A stretch of 64,000 bases of DNA from Candidatus Helarchaeota archaeon (GCA_019058315.1 JAHPZH010000002.1:1133910-1197909); one strand, 5' to 3'. Counted from the stretch's first letter, positions 1 through 10,668 are shown. Made by a program: numbers and translations. The notes: generated by a model not told the origin, from the sequence alone.

Positions 1-444
1 ATGAAAGAATCTGTTATTATATTCAAACCGAAAAAAGAAGACGTCTATAATTGGCATGGAAATCAATTATTGCCAGAAAGTCGTGATTATGTCAGTTTAA
101 ATAATATAGTTAGACTTCAATTTATGGATACTCAAAGTAAATGGTGGGAAGTTATTTATGTTAAAATCGTAGATATAAAAAATGTAAAAATAGCTGAAAT
201 AAATATTGAAAAATTATATGGGGAAGCTCTAGATACTTATAGAATAATGGAAGATTGCCAGAAATATGTGAAAAATGGAGAAATTATAGAATTCGAGAGA
301 AATAATATCCTTGAAATACCCTATGATGTTGAATTCTGGGCAGAAAATAACAATTTAAAACATCTTGAAAATATGAGAACTGGTAAGGGAAGAGGTATAA
401 CTGGTTTAATAGATCCAGATGATGGAAAAGATCTAGATGCATAA
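1..444 (+). CDS. hypothetical protein (may be 5'-truncated at the window edge)
   Basis: 147-aa ORF with normal composition; ATG at base 1, upstream not visible; faint resemblance to DUF2314-type 'E-x-x-Y/W-V...G..I-x-F' pattern. Confidence 0.6.
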   Translation: MKESVIIFKPKKEDVYNWHGNQLLPESRDYVSLNNIVRLQFMDTQSKWWEVIYVKIVDIKNVKIAEINIEKLYGEALDTYRIMEDCQKYVKNGEIIEFERNNILEIPYDVEFWAENNNLKHLENMRTGKGRGITGLIDPDDGKDLDA

Positions 445-521
445 AAAAATTGTTAATAATAAAGATGATAAATTAAATTTAATAAAAATTAATTTTATTC
501 TAAAAGAATTGAAGTGATTAA

Positions 522-827
522 TTGGCTAACGAAAAAACTTTGATTAAAAAAAGAACTGGATATCCATTTAATAGGATCGATACGGTGAAAAAGTTATCTA
601 AAGAAATAATTAAGGAAGACTTAGAAGATAAAACTAAGCGAAGTCAGCTGATAAGATGCGAAGAATGCCCAAAACGTTGCTCTACACATAAATTTGTGAC
701 TAATAAAGAAAAAGCAGAAATTCTTGCTGATAAAGAAAAATTAAAAGAAATGTTGAATTGTGACCCCCCAGCAAATCCGCTTGATTACAAACCTCCCCCA
801 CGTTATGGTGTGTATTCGAAAATCTAG
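522..827 (+). CDS. small hypothetical protein with CxxCxxxCxxH putative metal site
   Basis: 101-aa ORF, TTG start after GTGA-like RBS; CEECPKRCSTH motif; convergent with the serpin (4-nt gap). Confidence 0.6.
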   Translation: MANEKTLIKKRTGYPFNRIDTVKKLSKEIIKEDLEDKTKRSQLIRCEECPKRCSTHKFVTNKEKAEILADKEKLKEMLNCDPPANPLDYKPPPRYGVYSKI

Positions 828-831
828 GTTA

Positions 832-2001
832 TTAATCTGATCGGGGATCCATAATACGACCTAAAAACAAGATATTTTTCGTTTTAACATCCATAATAAA
901 GAATAAAAATGGATGATCTACTCTGAAGATAGGTGTAGGTCTTGGTTCTTCTGGAGCTGCCCCAAGTAACATAACAGCAGCAGTTGCTGCGGCTGCTTCT
1001 GTCCCTTCTTCATTAACATCTACATATGTCTTATGTACCACTTCAGATATGAAGAGATTAAGATTCGGATCTTTTGGAGCAATTCCAGTAAAATCGGCTT
1101 TATCTTGGTCGAATGCGTCAACTATACCCATCTCTTTCAGAGTTTCTGCCAATTTAAATTCAGATGTAATCTTGAATTTTGGGAGATATACCTCAACTTC
1201 TTGGAACAATTTGGGCCTAATCCATCCTGTCAAATTCTCGGATGTTATCGATTTCTCTATTTCTATAATTCCATCGACTTTTTTGGGGAGAATTATACCC
1301 ATAGAAAGCTCATCTCTGAAATATGTTAATTCAAGTGCTTCAAAATCTTGATTTTCATAATAAATATGCATTTCTTTTTGGTACATCATTGGTACCTTCA
1401 CTTTCTGGCCATTTATCAAGGTGAAGGACTCCTCATTTGTATTATGTTTCTTAAATTTTTTGCTCCATTCACTTAAAAAATATATTGCATTAGTTAATAT
1501 CAATCGAGTTAAAACATTCACCATCTCTGGTTTAAGTAAATCTTTAATTTTATTCTCTGTTCTATCCTCGACCCATTTATTGATTTTATTACGAGCATCT
1601 TCTGATTGATTTTTAAAATCCATCTTGGATATTCCACCGAAATAAGAATTTTCAATGATTTCGAGATATTCTGGAAATATCTTATAGTCATCTTGTATCC
1701 ACAAAGCATTTGCAATGCGAAGTTCATAACATTTAGATCTTGATGGGGCATTCAAACCTTCGATGAGATAGTTGAAAGTGGCATGGATGTCAGAATGACC
1801 TTCAAAATGAAGAGTCGAAGCTATCTGGTCTGCTGTTGCACCCTTAGCCCCAGCATACAACATAGCTATACAAATAGAAATACTTATCGGTGAAAAAAAT
1901 AGATTTTTATCATTCGATTTTAGAATTTTATAACATTCTAGAGCGAATTTATTATTTAAAGTAATTAAATTCGCCTCTTTTGCTCTAATATTGACTGTGA
2001 T
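832..2001 (-). CDS. serpin (inhibitory-type hinge, no signal peptide)
   Basis: NAIYF..W, VPMM, LPKFKI, hinge EEGTEAAAAT, FRVDHPFLF; the frame continues upstream of the ORF-track ATG (1863) as ...NNKFALECYKILKSNDKNLFFSPISISICIA; proposed ATC start at 2001 after GGAG. Confidence 0.95.
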   Translation of the reverse strand: MTVNIRAKEANLITLNNKFALECYKILKSNDKNLFFSPISISICIAMLYAGAKGATADQIASTLHFEGHSDIHATFNYLIEGLNAPSRSKCYELRIANALWIQDDYKIFPEYLEIIENSYFGGISKMDFKNQSEDARNKINKWVEDRTENKIKDLLKPEMVNVLTRLILTNAIYFLSEWSKKFKKHNTNEESFTLINGQKVKVPMMYQKEMHIYYENQDFEALELTYFRDELSMGIILPKKVDGIIEIEKSITSENLTGWIRPKLFQEVEVYLPKFKITSEFKLAETLKEMGIVDAFDQDKADFTGIAPKDPNLNLFISEVVHKTYVDVNEEGTEAAAATAAVMLLGAAPEEPRPTPIFRVDHPFLFFIMDVKTKNILFLGRIMDPRSD

Positions 2002-2130
2002 TTTAAACTACTCCAAATAGAATAATTTCAACAAATTAAGTTATGTTATAAATCCCAATATTTAAGCTTTTATAAGAATAATAGATAAATTTTTAGTTAA
2101 ATTATAAAATAAAGTCAGTCTAAATGATTA

Positions 2131-2694
2131 ATGATGTCAACTAACAAGATTTTAATAGCATATGGTTCCCGATATGGAAGCACTGCTGAAATATCAGAAA
2201 AAATATCAATAATATTGAAAGAATTAAATATTGAAAGTGTAGTTTTAGATTTGAAAAAAATAAAAGAAAAACATTGGCCTTCAATTGATGAATTCGATGC
2301 TATTTTGGTCGGTTCGGGTATTAAAATGGGCCGTTGGATGAAAGAACCTCAAAAATTACTAAAGAAGAATAAAGATAAAATTAAGAATAAGGAAAAAATC
2401 CTTGGATTATTCGTAAGTTGTTCCACTGTTCTTGATGATCCTGTGAAAGCAAAGAATGAATATCTAGATAAAATTATGGATAAGCTAAAGTTCAAAGCTG
2501 ATATGTTTGATGCATTTGGACCAGTATTTGATTTCTCAGAAACCTCTAAATTAGGATATTTAACTAAGAAATTATCAATAGCAGGTCTAAATGATTCAGG
2601 AAACATAGAATTTGATCCAAATGCAAGAAATGACTTAAGAGATTGGGACCAAATTAGGAGTTTTGCAGAAAAATTTGCTGAGTTAATAAAATAG
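2131..2694 (+). CDS. flavodoxin-domain protein (HemG/Flavodoxin_5-like)
   Basis: ILIAYGSRYGST FMN loop, GSGIKMGRW, C-terminal DLRDWDQIRSFA. Confidence 0.88.
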   Translation: MMSTNKILIAYGSRYGSTAEISEKISIILKELNIESVVLDLKKIKEKHWPSIDEFDAILVGSGIKMGRWMKEPQKLLKKNKDKIKNKEKILGLFVSCSTVLDDPVKAKNEYLDKIMDKLKFKADMFDAFGPVFDFSETSKLGYLTKKLSIAGLNDSGNIEFDPNARNDLRDWDQIRSFAEKFAELIK

Positions 2695-2862
2695 TGTTTA
2701 ATTTTATCTTTGGAATTCATGATCTCTATAAATTTTGAAATACTTGAAAATGTTAAAATTTATAAATGAAGAACTTTATCTAACTTAAACATAATAAAAT
2801 TCGATTTTACTATTAAAAATTCTTCTAAACTGGCAAAAACCCTAAAATACAATCTTATAAAA

Positions 2863-3879
2863 ATGAGAAATAAAAATATTAGAAAAATGAATAAGAATTT
2901 CCAGGATTCCACTGTTGCAGTCAATGTAATGAAAAAAAAATGGGATTTTTTAATAATTCTAGATGCATGCAGATATGACTATTTTGAAAGAATATATCGA
3001 CAAAGCAAGGATCTTTTAAATGGTAAACTTTATAAATACAAATCTATCGCTTCATCTACAATGGAATGGAGAAACAAATCATTTAAAGGTTATTATGACG
3101 ATATAGTGTATGTATCTACGAATCCCTATATTAACTCAGCCGTTTCAGTAGAGAACTTCCTTGGAAAGGACCATTTTTTTAAAATTTATGATATTTGGAA
3201 TGAGGGTTGGGATGAAAAAGAAAATACCGTCCTACCTGATACTATAACTGAGGTCACAATTAAACTATTACCAAAGCACCCAAATAAAAGATTTATAATT
3301 CATTACATTCAACCACACGCACCATATATTAATTTAGACTTAAAAAATAAAAAAGTTGCAGCATTTAGATTTAGAGCAGATATAATGAAAGAATTAAAAG
3401 AAAATTCGCACGAATCCAATGAAAAAAAGAGTCTTAGACTTAAAATAATCGAAAAATTTTTGCAACACTTTAATAAATTTAAAAAAATAATCAACAGACC
3501 TGACTGGATTTTAGGAAATCAACCCAAGTGGAGGTTGAGAGAATTTTTTAAATTGGATCCATTATCTCCAATGGATGCTGTCAGAAGAATATATGGTGAT
3601 GAGGGATTAAAAAAGGCATATATGAACAATTTAAAGTTAGTATTAAAATCCGTAATAAAATTATTGAAACATCTATCAGGTAAAATTGTAATAACGGGTG
3701 ATCATGGTGAACTACTCGGAGAAAATGGATGTTATAGCCATATAAACGAGTCCAATAACCCTTACTTAAAATTGATACCTTGGTTAGAAATTCAAAAAGG
3801 TGAGCATCGAAAAAAAGTCTTGAAAGAAGATTCTTTAATAAGTAGCCTTAAATTGAGTGATTTCACTCGTAAAATTTAA
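2863..3879 (+). CDS. alkaline phosphatase/sulfatase superfamily protein
   Basis: LIILDACRYD, HYIQPHAPY and TGDHGELLGE metal-binding motifs; start may be at a later Met. Confidence 0.82.
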   Translation: MRNKNIRKMNKNFQDSTVAVNVMKKKWDFLIILDACRYDYFERIYRQSKDLLNGKLYKYKSIASSTMEWRNKSFKGYYDDIVYVSTNPYINSAVSVENFLGKDHFFKIYDIWNEGWDEKENTVLPDTITEVTIKLLPKHPNKRFIIHYIQPHAPYINLDLKNKKVAAFRFRADIMKELKENSHESNEKKSLRLKIIEKFLQHFNKFKKIINRPDWILGNQPKWRLREFFKLDPLSPMDAVRRIYGDEGLKKAYMNNLKLVLKSVIKLLKHLSGKIVITGDHGELLGENGCYSHINESNNPYLKLIPWLEIQKGEHRKKVLKEDSLISSLKLSDFTRKI

Positions 3880-3928
3880 AAATAATTATATTTTAGTAAC
3901 CTAACCCGTGATAAAAAATTTTATTTAA

Positions 3929-4774
3929 TTAGATATCAATCGTCAATCTATCATATGCAATTTTAAATCCCATTTTAATAGAATATCTCCATTCCTCTCC
4001 TTCTGGTTTCACAATTGGATTTGAGTGGTTAAAATGTGTAAAATAAATCTCGGTAGTTGATTCTTTCAATAGATCCATTGTTTCTACTATTGGTACATGG
4101 GGGACTTCTTTATACCTTGAAATCTCTTTGTTTGTATAAAAAGTGCCATCTAAGAAAGCAATATCAACTGAATTGACATGAGTGATAATTTCTTCAGTCC
4201 AAAGATCCAAATCTGACAAATATAGAATCTTATTTTGACCTTTTATGATATATCCAACAGTATCAGAGTGCTCATTTCGATGTGGAACCTCTATTGATGT
4301 TATTGAGAACTTAAATTTTTTAAAACTCAATTCCTTTCCAATTGCCATCTCGTTTAAAATTATATTTTTTCTATCTGATAAATGATTAAAGGGATGGTTA
4401 TTTTGAAGAAATTGTTTCATAACTGGTGAACAATAAACAGGGACATTTTTCTCCTCCGTGCATTCTTTCCCTAATAACCACAAACCCGAACAATGCCCAA
4501 AATGTGCGTGAGTTAAAAATATACCATCAACTGGCAAAATCCCCTTACGATTACTTACAATTTTTTTGTTTGTTAATATATCTATTTGGTATTTAATATC
4601 TGGAGAAGCTTCAATTAAAAAGCAAAATTTATTTTCATTATCATATAAAGCAATGGAAGGTGCTAAACGAATATATTCCTTATTTTTTCTTGCATTATTA
4701 CAATTCTCGCAATAGCACCCAATTTGAGGAATACCCGCATCTTGGCCAGAACCAAGAATTAAAATTTTCATCAT
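3929..4774 (-). CDS. metallo-beta-lactamase fold hydrolase, PqqB/PhnP-like
   Basis: LGSGQDAGIPQIGCYCENC, THAHFGH, VPH, DGTF, FTHFNHSN motifs. Confidence 0.88.
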   Translation of the reverse strand: MMKILILGSGQDAGIPQIGCYCENCNNARKNKEYIRLAPSIALYDNENKFCFLIEASPDIKYQIDILTNKKIVSNRKGILPVDGIFLTHAHFGHCSGLWLLGKECTEEKNVPVYCSPVMKQFLQNNHPFNHLSDRKNIILNEMAIGKELSFKKFKFSITSIEVPHRNEHSDTVGYIIKGQNKILYLSDLDLWTEEIITHVNSVDIAFLDGTFYTNKEISRYKEVPHVPIVETMDLLKESTTEIYFTHFNHSNPIVKPEGEEWRYSIKMGFKIAYDRLTIDI

Positions 4775-4791
4775 TTAAAAAGTTCTTTTAA

Positions 4792-6189
4792 TTAACTATA
4801 TTTACTTTTGTATTTGTACATATTTGAAAAAGCCCGTGCAGCTCTTTCTACACTCGGAAAAACAGGAATTTTATCTTTTATTAATATATCTTTATATTTT
4901 TCTCTCTGAGCACCCCTAATATGAGGTAGGGACATTAAAAATGGTTTTCCTTCTTCTCTAGTATAATTAGCTATTTTCATGATATTATTATGATGAAGCA
5001 TATGATGATCATCAAAGTCTCTAGGAGCAAAGGCTTCAATTATTACTCCACCCACGTATGGTTCTTTAATTGCTATTTTACAAATTTCAGGATATTTTTC
5101 TTCATGTCCAATCCAAGGCAAATCTAAAGGGTTTGCAACACTCCCAATTGAAATCATTGATTGCATTTCACTTCTTGCAGGATCTTGTATTTCTGGAATA
5201 TCTACTCCTAAATTTATGATTCGATCCACGCCTAGAGAGGCGGTTCCCCCTGACCAAGTGATTAAAATCAAACTATTAACTTTTGGGTATAGCCCTTTAC
5301 AATAATAAAAAGCTATAGTCGAATCCATCAATTCTTCAAATGTAGCGACATTTATTATTCCAGTTTGAGCAACTACAGAATTCCAAATCTTTGAATTAGA
5401 TGATATCGAACCTGTGTGAGAACTAGCCGTCTTCGCCCCTTTCTCTGTGACTCCACCACGTAATATAAGTGTTGGTTTCTTATTCTCTTTTAAAACTTTT
5501 AATAAATCTCTTCCTTCAAATTCTCTAAATTGTGAAAATCCTTCAAAATATCCGCTAATGATGTCTGTTTTTTCATCAGAGCTAAAATAGTCAATAAAAT
5601 CTGAGAATTTAAGACTTATAGTATTACCAATACTTGCAGCAACAGAGAAATTAATTCCATAATTATTGCAGTCTGTAACATATCTGCTAGTTAAATCTCC
5701 AGAATGAGAAACGAAAGCAAGACATCCACTTTCACATATTTTTTTAGAGAAATTTGGATGATAAGAAATTCGACCACCAGTGGAATAAACTCCCATGCAA
5801 TTTGGTCCAATTGCCCTAGTATCGCTATTTTTTAACATTTCATGAATTTCATGTTCTAATTCAATACCAGGTTCATCATATTCTCCTAATCCCGCTGAAA
5901 AAATATGCAGTGTATAAAATTTCTTCTCGATACACTGTTTAATTATAGGTTTTACTTTACTCTTTGTTATTGCAATTACCGCTAAATCTATCTTATCAGG
6001 TAATTCAGAAATGGATTTATAACATTTCATGCCTAATATTTCTTCGTCTTTTTCAGAGACAAGATATATATCTCCCTTATAACCCCTCTCAATTACTCCC
6101 ATAATATTCCAAACTCTTCTGCTGGTTGCTCCTATATACGCTAAGGACTCTGGATAAAATAATTTTTTCATGTATTCTTTTGTCTTCAT
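4792..6189 (-). CDS. acdA: ADP-forming acyl-CoA synthetase alpha-type subunit (CoA-binding + ligase domains)
   Basis: LFYPESLAYIGA, IGPNCMG, phospho-His motif ASSHTGS, NPLDL, VFPSVERAA. Confidence 0.85.
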   Translation of the reverse strand: MKTKEYMKKLFYPESLAYIGATSRRVWNIMGVIERGYKGDIYLVSEKDEEILGMKCYKSISELPDKIDLAVIAITKSKVKPIIKQCIEKKFYTLHIFSAGLGEYDEPGIELEHEIHEMLKNSDTRAIGPNCMGVYSTGGRISYHPNFSKKICESGCLAFVSHSGDLTSRYVTDCNNYGINFSVAASIGNTISLKFSDFIDYFSSDEKTDIISGYFEGFSQFREFEGRDLLKVLKENKKPTLILRGGVTEKGAKTASSHTGSISSNSKIWNSVVAQTGIINVATFEELMDSTIAFYYCKGLYPKVNSLILITWSGGTASLGVDRIINLGVDIPEIQDPARSEMQSMISIGSVANPLDLPWIGHEEKYPEICKIAIKEPYVGGVIIEAFAPRDFDDHHMLHHNNIMKIANYTREEGKPFLMSLPHIRGAQREKYKDILIKDKIPVFPSVERAARAFSNMYKYKSKYS

Positions 6190-6353
6190 TTTATCAATTA
6201 TTCCATTTAATCTGTTTTATTCATTTTATTATTAAAATGCGAAAGTTGAGTTCTTTAAATTTTCCATATTTGGTCAATATTCAAGGTTAACGAACTAAAG
6301 AGAATTAGAAAATATAAAAGTGTAGAAAATTGGTACTTTTTTCGTGAGGAGGG

Positions 6354-7265
6354 CTATTTTTCTTCAGATTCTTTAGCAAGCATTATGAATCCAATCAGAA
6401 TAGGTACTAGAGAGAGTAAAAAGAGGAAATACCAGACAAAGTAAAAATAGATGACATCGGAAAAGTGCCAAGGTGCCCATCCCATGTAAGTAATTGTCAA
6501 TCCTAAATATCCAAGGAAGATAATTTTTGGTCCTGCATATCCCGATTTTTGACCATAATTGAAAAAGATATAACTGATGGAGAAACAAATTGGAATCCAA
6601 ATAGCAAATAAAAAGCCATACATCATATATTCTATATCTTGAACAACAAATAAACCAAAGCTAAACCAAATAAATCCTAATAAAATTACTACTATAGAAG
6701 GCATTATTCGTAATTTCTTATCCTCAATTAATAATCTAAGAATGCCGTACAAAGATCCAGCTGCCCAAAAAATCATTCCAAATCGTAATAAAAAGAAATT
6801 TCCAGGAGATATATTCTCATTTGCCCAAGTAATTCCCAAACCTCTGAAAATATGTCCTATAAAGGTAATACTATAAATAAAAAAGACAATACCCCAAATA
6901 AGCTGAGAAATATTAGTTCGACCACCTTTATACCAGCGATAAAGCAGATATGTTCCAATTATCCAAATTAAAATAGTAGTATCCAACCCAAGACCGAAAA
7001 ATAGGAGGTTATAGACTTGGGATTTAAAAGGATGATAAAATTTCCAGATTAATATTCCCATTTTGTCTACCCCCATTTCTTCTTGTAATATAATTGCAAT
7101 AAGATCTCTTAGTAAAAAACCATATGTAGGATCTAAATCTCTTGGTGCAAGTGTATAGGTCGCACGTGGTTTAAAAATGAGAACATATATACATAGAATA
7201 GCAATTATAATTATACCAAAAAAATAAGGCAAATTTTTTCTAATCAAATCTTTAATATCTACCAA
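6354..7265 (-). CDS. polytopic membrane protein (N-terminal TM plus 7TM-like bundle), unknown function
   Basis: eight hydrophobic segments; TTG at 7265 follows GGGGT (ORF track start 7286); directly downstream of the DENN gene. Confidence 0.78.
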   Translation of the reverse strand: MVDIKDLIRKNLPYFFGIIIIAILCIYVLIFKPRATYTLAPRDLDPTYGFLLRDLIAIILQEEMGVDKMGILIWKFYHPFKSQVYNLLFFGLGLDTTILIWIIGTYLLYRWYKGGRTNISQLIWGIVFFIYSITFIGHIFRGLGITWANENISPGNFFLLRFGMIFWAAGSLYGILRLLIEDKKLRIMPSIVVILLGFIWFSFGLFVVQDIEYMMYGFLFAIWIPICFSISYIFFNYGQKSGYAGPKIIFLGYLGLTITYMGWAPWHFSDVIYFYFVWYFLFLLSLVPILIGFIMLAKESEEK

Positions 7266-7279
7266 ATTATTAACCCCAA

Positions 7280-8365
7280 TTACCAAGTTTCTTTTCCAAA
7301 TCCACTTAGGACCTTATCCAGCTTCTTTCGACATTCAGAAATTGTGTCATTTAATTTAGTCGAAATATCTGGATTGTCTGACATTAGACAAGTTCCGATT
7401 AAATCAAGTTCATCAAGATCTAAATCGGATATTAAATCATCAATATTTGAGGTAGTAACGTTATCTTCTTTGACCATTTTAAGAAGTTTATTTTTTGTAG
7501 CAAGAAACTTCTTAATATCTTGTTTAATTTTTTGTTCTGCTTGCTCCGAATCTAATTGTTTAGCCCGATTAATTAATTTTTTACAAAATTTATTCGATTC
7601 CCCTCCAGTGACTTTACCTTTTTTTAAATCTACTAGAATACTTGTCTTAAAAATTTCTGTTAGGTTAGAAGGTCCTCCAATAATATCCCCAAGCATATAA
7701 TCCTTTGTCCAATATACTATTTCAGGAGGTTTTTCAACATAAAACATAGTTAGTGTATCAATAATTAATTTAACTAAGGTTTTATCACCTGTTACAATAA
7801 CAGGTTCACCTAAAATTAATGCGTTAATGACTTTATCGAGATTTTTTTGAACTAGATTAAAGAGTAAAACTAAACTTCTTTTAACTTCAGCTTTTTCTGT
7901 TTTTTTCATAAAAGAATTTAAAATAAGATTAATTATACTATTATAAAAATCTAAAAGTTCTCCTTCAATTTGTTGTTTTTCTGCCTTTGTTTCTAACAAA
8001 GCATTTAATTTATTTGCAGTTTCATTAAATAGCGTTTCTAACACATCTATATACCGATAAAAAATAACATCATTTGTCTCATTGAATAGTACAGTGATTG
8101 AACTGTCAATTATTCCCCCTCGACGAGTCCGATCTTTAGTTACTATAGATTTAATAAAACCTTTTAAATTGAAGGATGGAAATGGAACTATTGCCAAAGA
8201 TTTGGGAACTATACCTTCTCTATCTGACATTAAATTAATTGATTTGAGGCTGATATAATTTTTAGCTTCAACTGATAAATCTGGCGGAATCCATGCTACC
8301 GCTTTTGGTCCAAATTTTTCATCAAATTGTGAAAATATAATACCTGAAATTAATTGTTCCTTAAT
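7280..8365 (-). CDS. DENN-like protein (uDENN/longin + cDENN + helical dDENN)
   Basis: 45-codon in-frame extension upstream of ATG 8230 reads IKEQLISGIIFSQFDEKFGPKAVAW (longin F-D-x-x-x-G-P); LDKVINALILGEPVIVTGD resembles the cDENN core; proposed ATT start. Confidence 0.72.
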   Translation of the reverse strand: MKEQLISGIIFSQFDEKFGPKAVAWIPPDLSVEAKNYISLKSINLMSDREGIVPKSLAIVPFPSFNLKGFIKSIVTKDRTRRGGIIDSSITVLFNETNDVIFYRYIDVLETLFNETANKLNALLETKAEKQQIEGELLDFYNSIINLILNSFMKKTEKAEVKRSLVLLFNLVQKNLDKVINALILGEPVIVTGDKTLVKLIIDTLTMFYVEKPPEIVYWTKDYMLGDIIGGPSNLTEIFKTSILVDLKKGKVTGGESNKFCKKLINRAKQLDSEQAEQKIKQDIKKFLATKNKLLKMVKEDNVTTSNIDDLISDLDLDELDLIGTCLMSDNPDISTKLNDTISECRKKLDKVLSGFGKETW

Positions 8366-8464
8366 TCTTACCCACTCTCAATTATATATTCTCTAAATTT
8401 CATAATTTAACTTACTATAATTATTATTTTTTATAATTATCTTTTCAAGGATATGTTTTAAATT

Positions 8465-9862
8465 TTATTTTAATTCCATTTTTCTCATAATTAAATTTGA
8501 AATGAAATATAATATTCCCGCTATTGGAAATACTATACCAATTGCCAAAGTATTTTCTGCATTTTGTCCCATTAAGATTAAACCCAAAATTAAATCACCT
8601 AATGCATTTCCGATATTTACCACAAAAAGAAAAGATCCAAAATACGACCCAGATAACGTATTAGAATCCATTTTATCCTTAATTTCTTCTGGTGAATTAT
8701 CAACGAGCTCACTAATTGCAGGATTTGGTAAAATATATCCCACAACTAAACCAAATAATACTCCTGCTAGTAATACACGGGTAATCCACAATAGAATATC
8801 ATTTGGCATACTAATTAATAGGATTCCTGTTAAAATTAGTGAGACAGCAACAAACCATCTTGCATGTATAAAGGATTCTTTAATTCCTACACTATGGGCT
8901 CGCTTTGACCAAAAAATAAAACCTAGTACAGCAAATGCGACTAACGGAAGAATAAATAGTATAAATGCATTTCCTTTTAAATCTAAAACAAATGTAAAGA
9001 ATAATGTTAAGTTTTTAACTAATAATCGAACACCAATAGTCACAGTAAGCATACTAAATAAAAAATAATAATAATTTTTATCAGAAAAGGGTTTAAAAAT
9101 ATTCTTAAGAACCTTATTTATTGTCAAATTTTCACTTTGTTTCGTTCTTTCATCTATTTCGGTAAAAAAATCCTCATTAGTTGAAAAATATGCCATTAGC
9201 GTAAAAATTACTACAAAAATTGCAAAAATCAAACCAAGAATAGGAAGTGTTTCAATTAGAAATTGACGATCTATTGGATTATAAAAAATAGCATCTGGAG
9301 TTATAAGTCTGCTTTGTATAATTAATGGTAAAAATATTCCAATAACTGTTGCAAGTATACTAAATATACCAGTTAAAGAACCAATTTTAATTCGATTATC
9401 TGCCTCTTGGCTTTGTTCAGGTATCATCGATAAAAACGTGCTGCGTAGTAGTGAATAAAAAAGATAAAATATTAATATAAATCCCCATAGAAAAAAACTA
9501 ATGCCCCAATTTATCTCTCCAAATTGCTGAGCTAAAGGTGAATACCACATCATAATTAATGAAAAAATTAATAGAGGTAAACTCCAAATCAGAAAAGGTC
9601 TTCTTTTTCCTAGCTTTCCGGGGCGTTTTTTATCAACTAAATAGCCAAAAATAGGAGCAAAAAAAGCTAATACAACAACTCCCAAAGCAGTACCTATTGA
9701 GACTAAGAGTGCATTTAATCCGACTGCGTAAGTAAAAAAAATAAAAATATAAGCACTAATTAGAGTTATGGGAAGAATTTGACCTAAAACACCTGCTGTA
9801 AATCCATATAATTTTATACCTTTTAATGTTCTTAATTTCTCTTTATTATTTAAATCTGCCAA
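8465..9862 (-). CDS. MFS transporter, GPH/MelB (glycoside-pentoside-hexuronide) family
   Basis: about 12 TM; PIFGYLVDKKR..KLGKRRPF, SMIPE...R, SGSYFG. Confidence 0.88.
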   Translation of the reverse strand: MADLNNKEKLRTLKGIKLYGFTAGVLGQILPITLISAYIFIFFTYAVGLNALLVSIGTALGVVVLAFFAPIFGYLVDKKRPGKLGKRRPFLIWSLPLLIFSLIMMWYSPLAQQFGEINWGISFFLWGFILIFYLFYSLLRSTFLSMIPEQSQEADNRIKIGSLTGIFSILATVIGIFLPLIIQSRLITPDAIFYNPIDRQFLIETLPILGLIFAIFVVIFTLMAYFSTNEDFFTEIDERTKQSENLTINKVLKNIFKPFSDKNYYYFLFSMLTVTIGVRLLVKNLTLFFTFVLDLKGNAFILFILPLVAFAVLGFIFWSKRAHSVGIKESFIHARWFVAVSLILTGILLISMPNDILLWITRVLLAGVLFGLVVGYILPNPAISELVDNSPEEIKDKMDSNTLSGSYFGSFLFVVNIGNALGDLILGLILMGQNAENTLAIGIVFPIAGILYFISNLIMRKMELK

Positions 9863-10074
9863 AATTAATACCTAATTTAATTCAATTACATTATTTATTT
9901 GGATGAATTTAGGAATTAGATGAAATAAAAAGAATAAAAAAAATAATTTAAGTTTATCTAATTTTTTCACTTTTACATGGCTCTCTATTACTTTAATAAA
10001 AAAATCTTCTATTAGCATAATTGAATAATTTATCGACAAAATTTTTATAGAATATATTAAGGGAAATAGATTTT

Positions 10075-10533
10075 ATGTCAAAGAATGTGAATAGAAAATA
10101 TTATAATAGTCTCAAAGAATTTAATGGACAAACATATTCTGGAATGATAGTTGGTGGGAAGCATAGTTGGGATTACAATAATGGAATTTGGAATGAAACA
10201 AAAATTAAACCTAACAAGTGGAAATTCGAATTTATTTGTAATAAATATCGAAGAAACCCAGCCCCGCCGGGCACAGGAGTACCTAATAAAACAGAGTTCC
10301 ATTGGTACATCTTAGCAGATCAAAAAGTTGTAAAACTTGATGAAAATACGTATAAAACGGTAATGACGGGCTCAAAATATAAAATTGGCCATAAAAGACC
10401 TAATTGGAAGCATAATTGGAGTTATGATTATAAAAAGGAATCATATGAAGATAAATTAATTGAGATATTGGAAGAAATCCTAGAAAAATTAAAAGCAAAG
10501 AAAAAAAGAAAAGAATTAGCGAGCTTTTTTTAA
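10075..10533 (+). CDS. conserved hypothetical Trp-rich basic protein
   Basis: YSGMIVGGKHSWDY...W.ETK...APPGTGVP..TEFHWYILADQ.V.KLDENTY pattern that I recall from an uncharacterised family. Confidence 0.78.
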   Translation: MSKNVNRKYYNSLKEFNGQTYSGMIVGGKHSWDYNNGIWNETKIKPNKWKFEFICNKYRRNPAPPGTGVPNKTEFHWYILADQKVVKLDENTYKTVMTGSKYKIGHKRPNWKHNWSYDYKKESYEDKLIEILEEILEKLKAKKKRKELASFF

Positions 10534-10668
10534 ATTAAGGAACTTAATCCTTTTTTTAGTTTTAAATACAAGAAACATCTGATAAATCTCTAATAAAATA
10601 TTTTGATTTTAGAAAAAGAATAATTTTATATTTAAGGTATTTCATTATCAAATAAGGTGACATAAATA

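Noticed and set aside
3929-4774. PQQ biosynthesis, from the PqqB-like gene
   Set aside because: No pqqA/C/D/E nearby; treated as a stand-alone MBL hydrolase.
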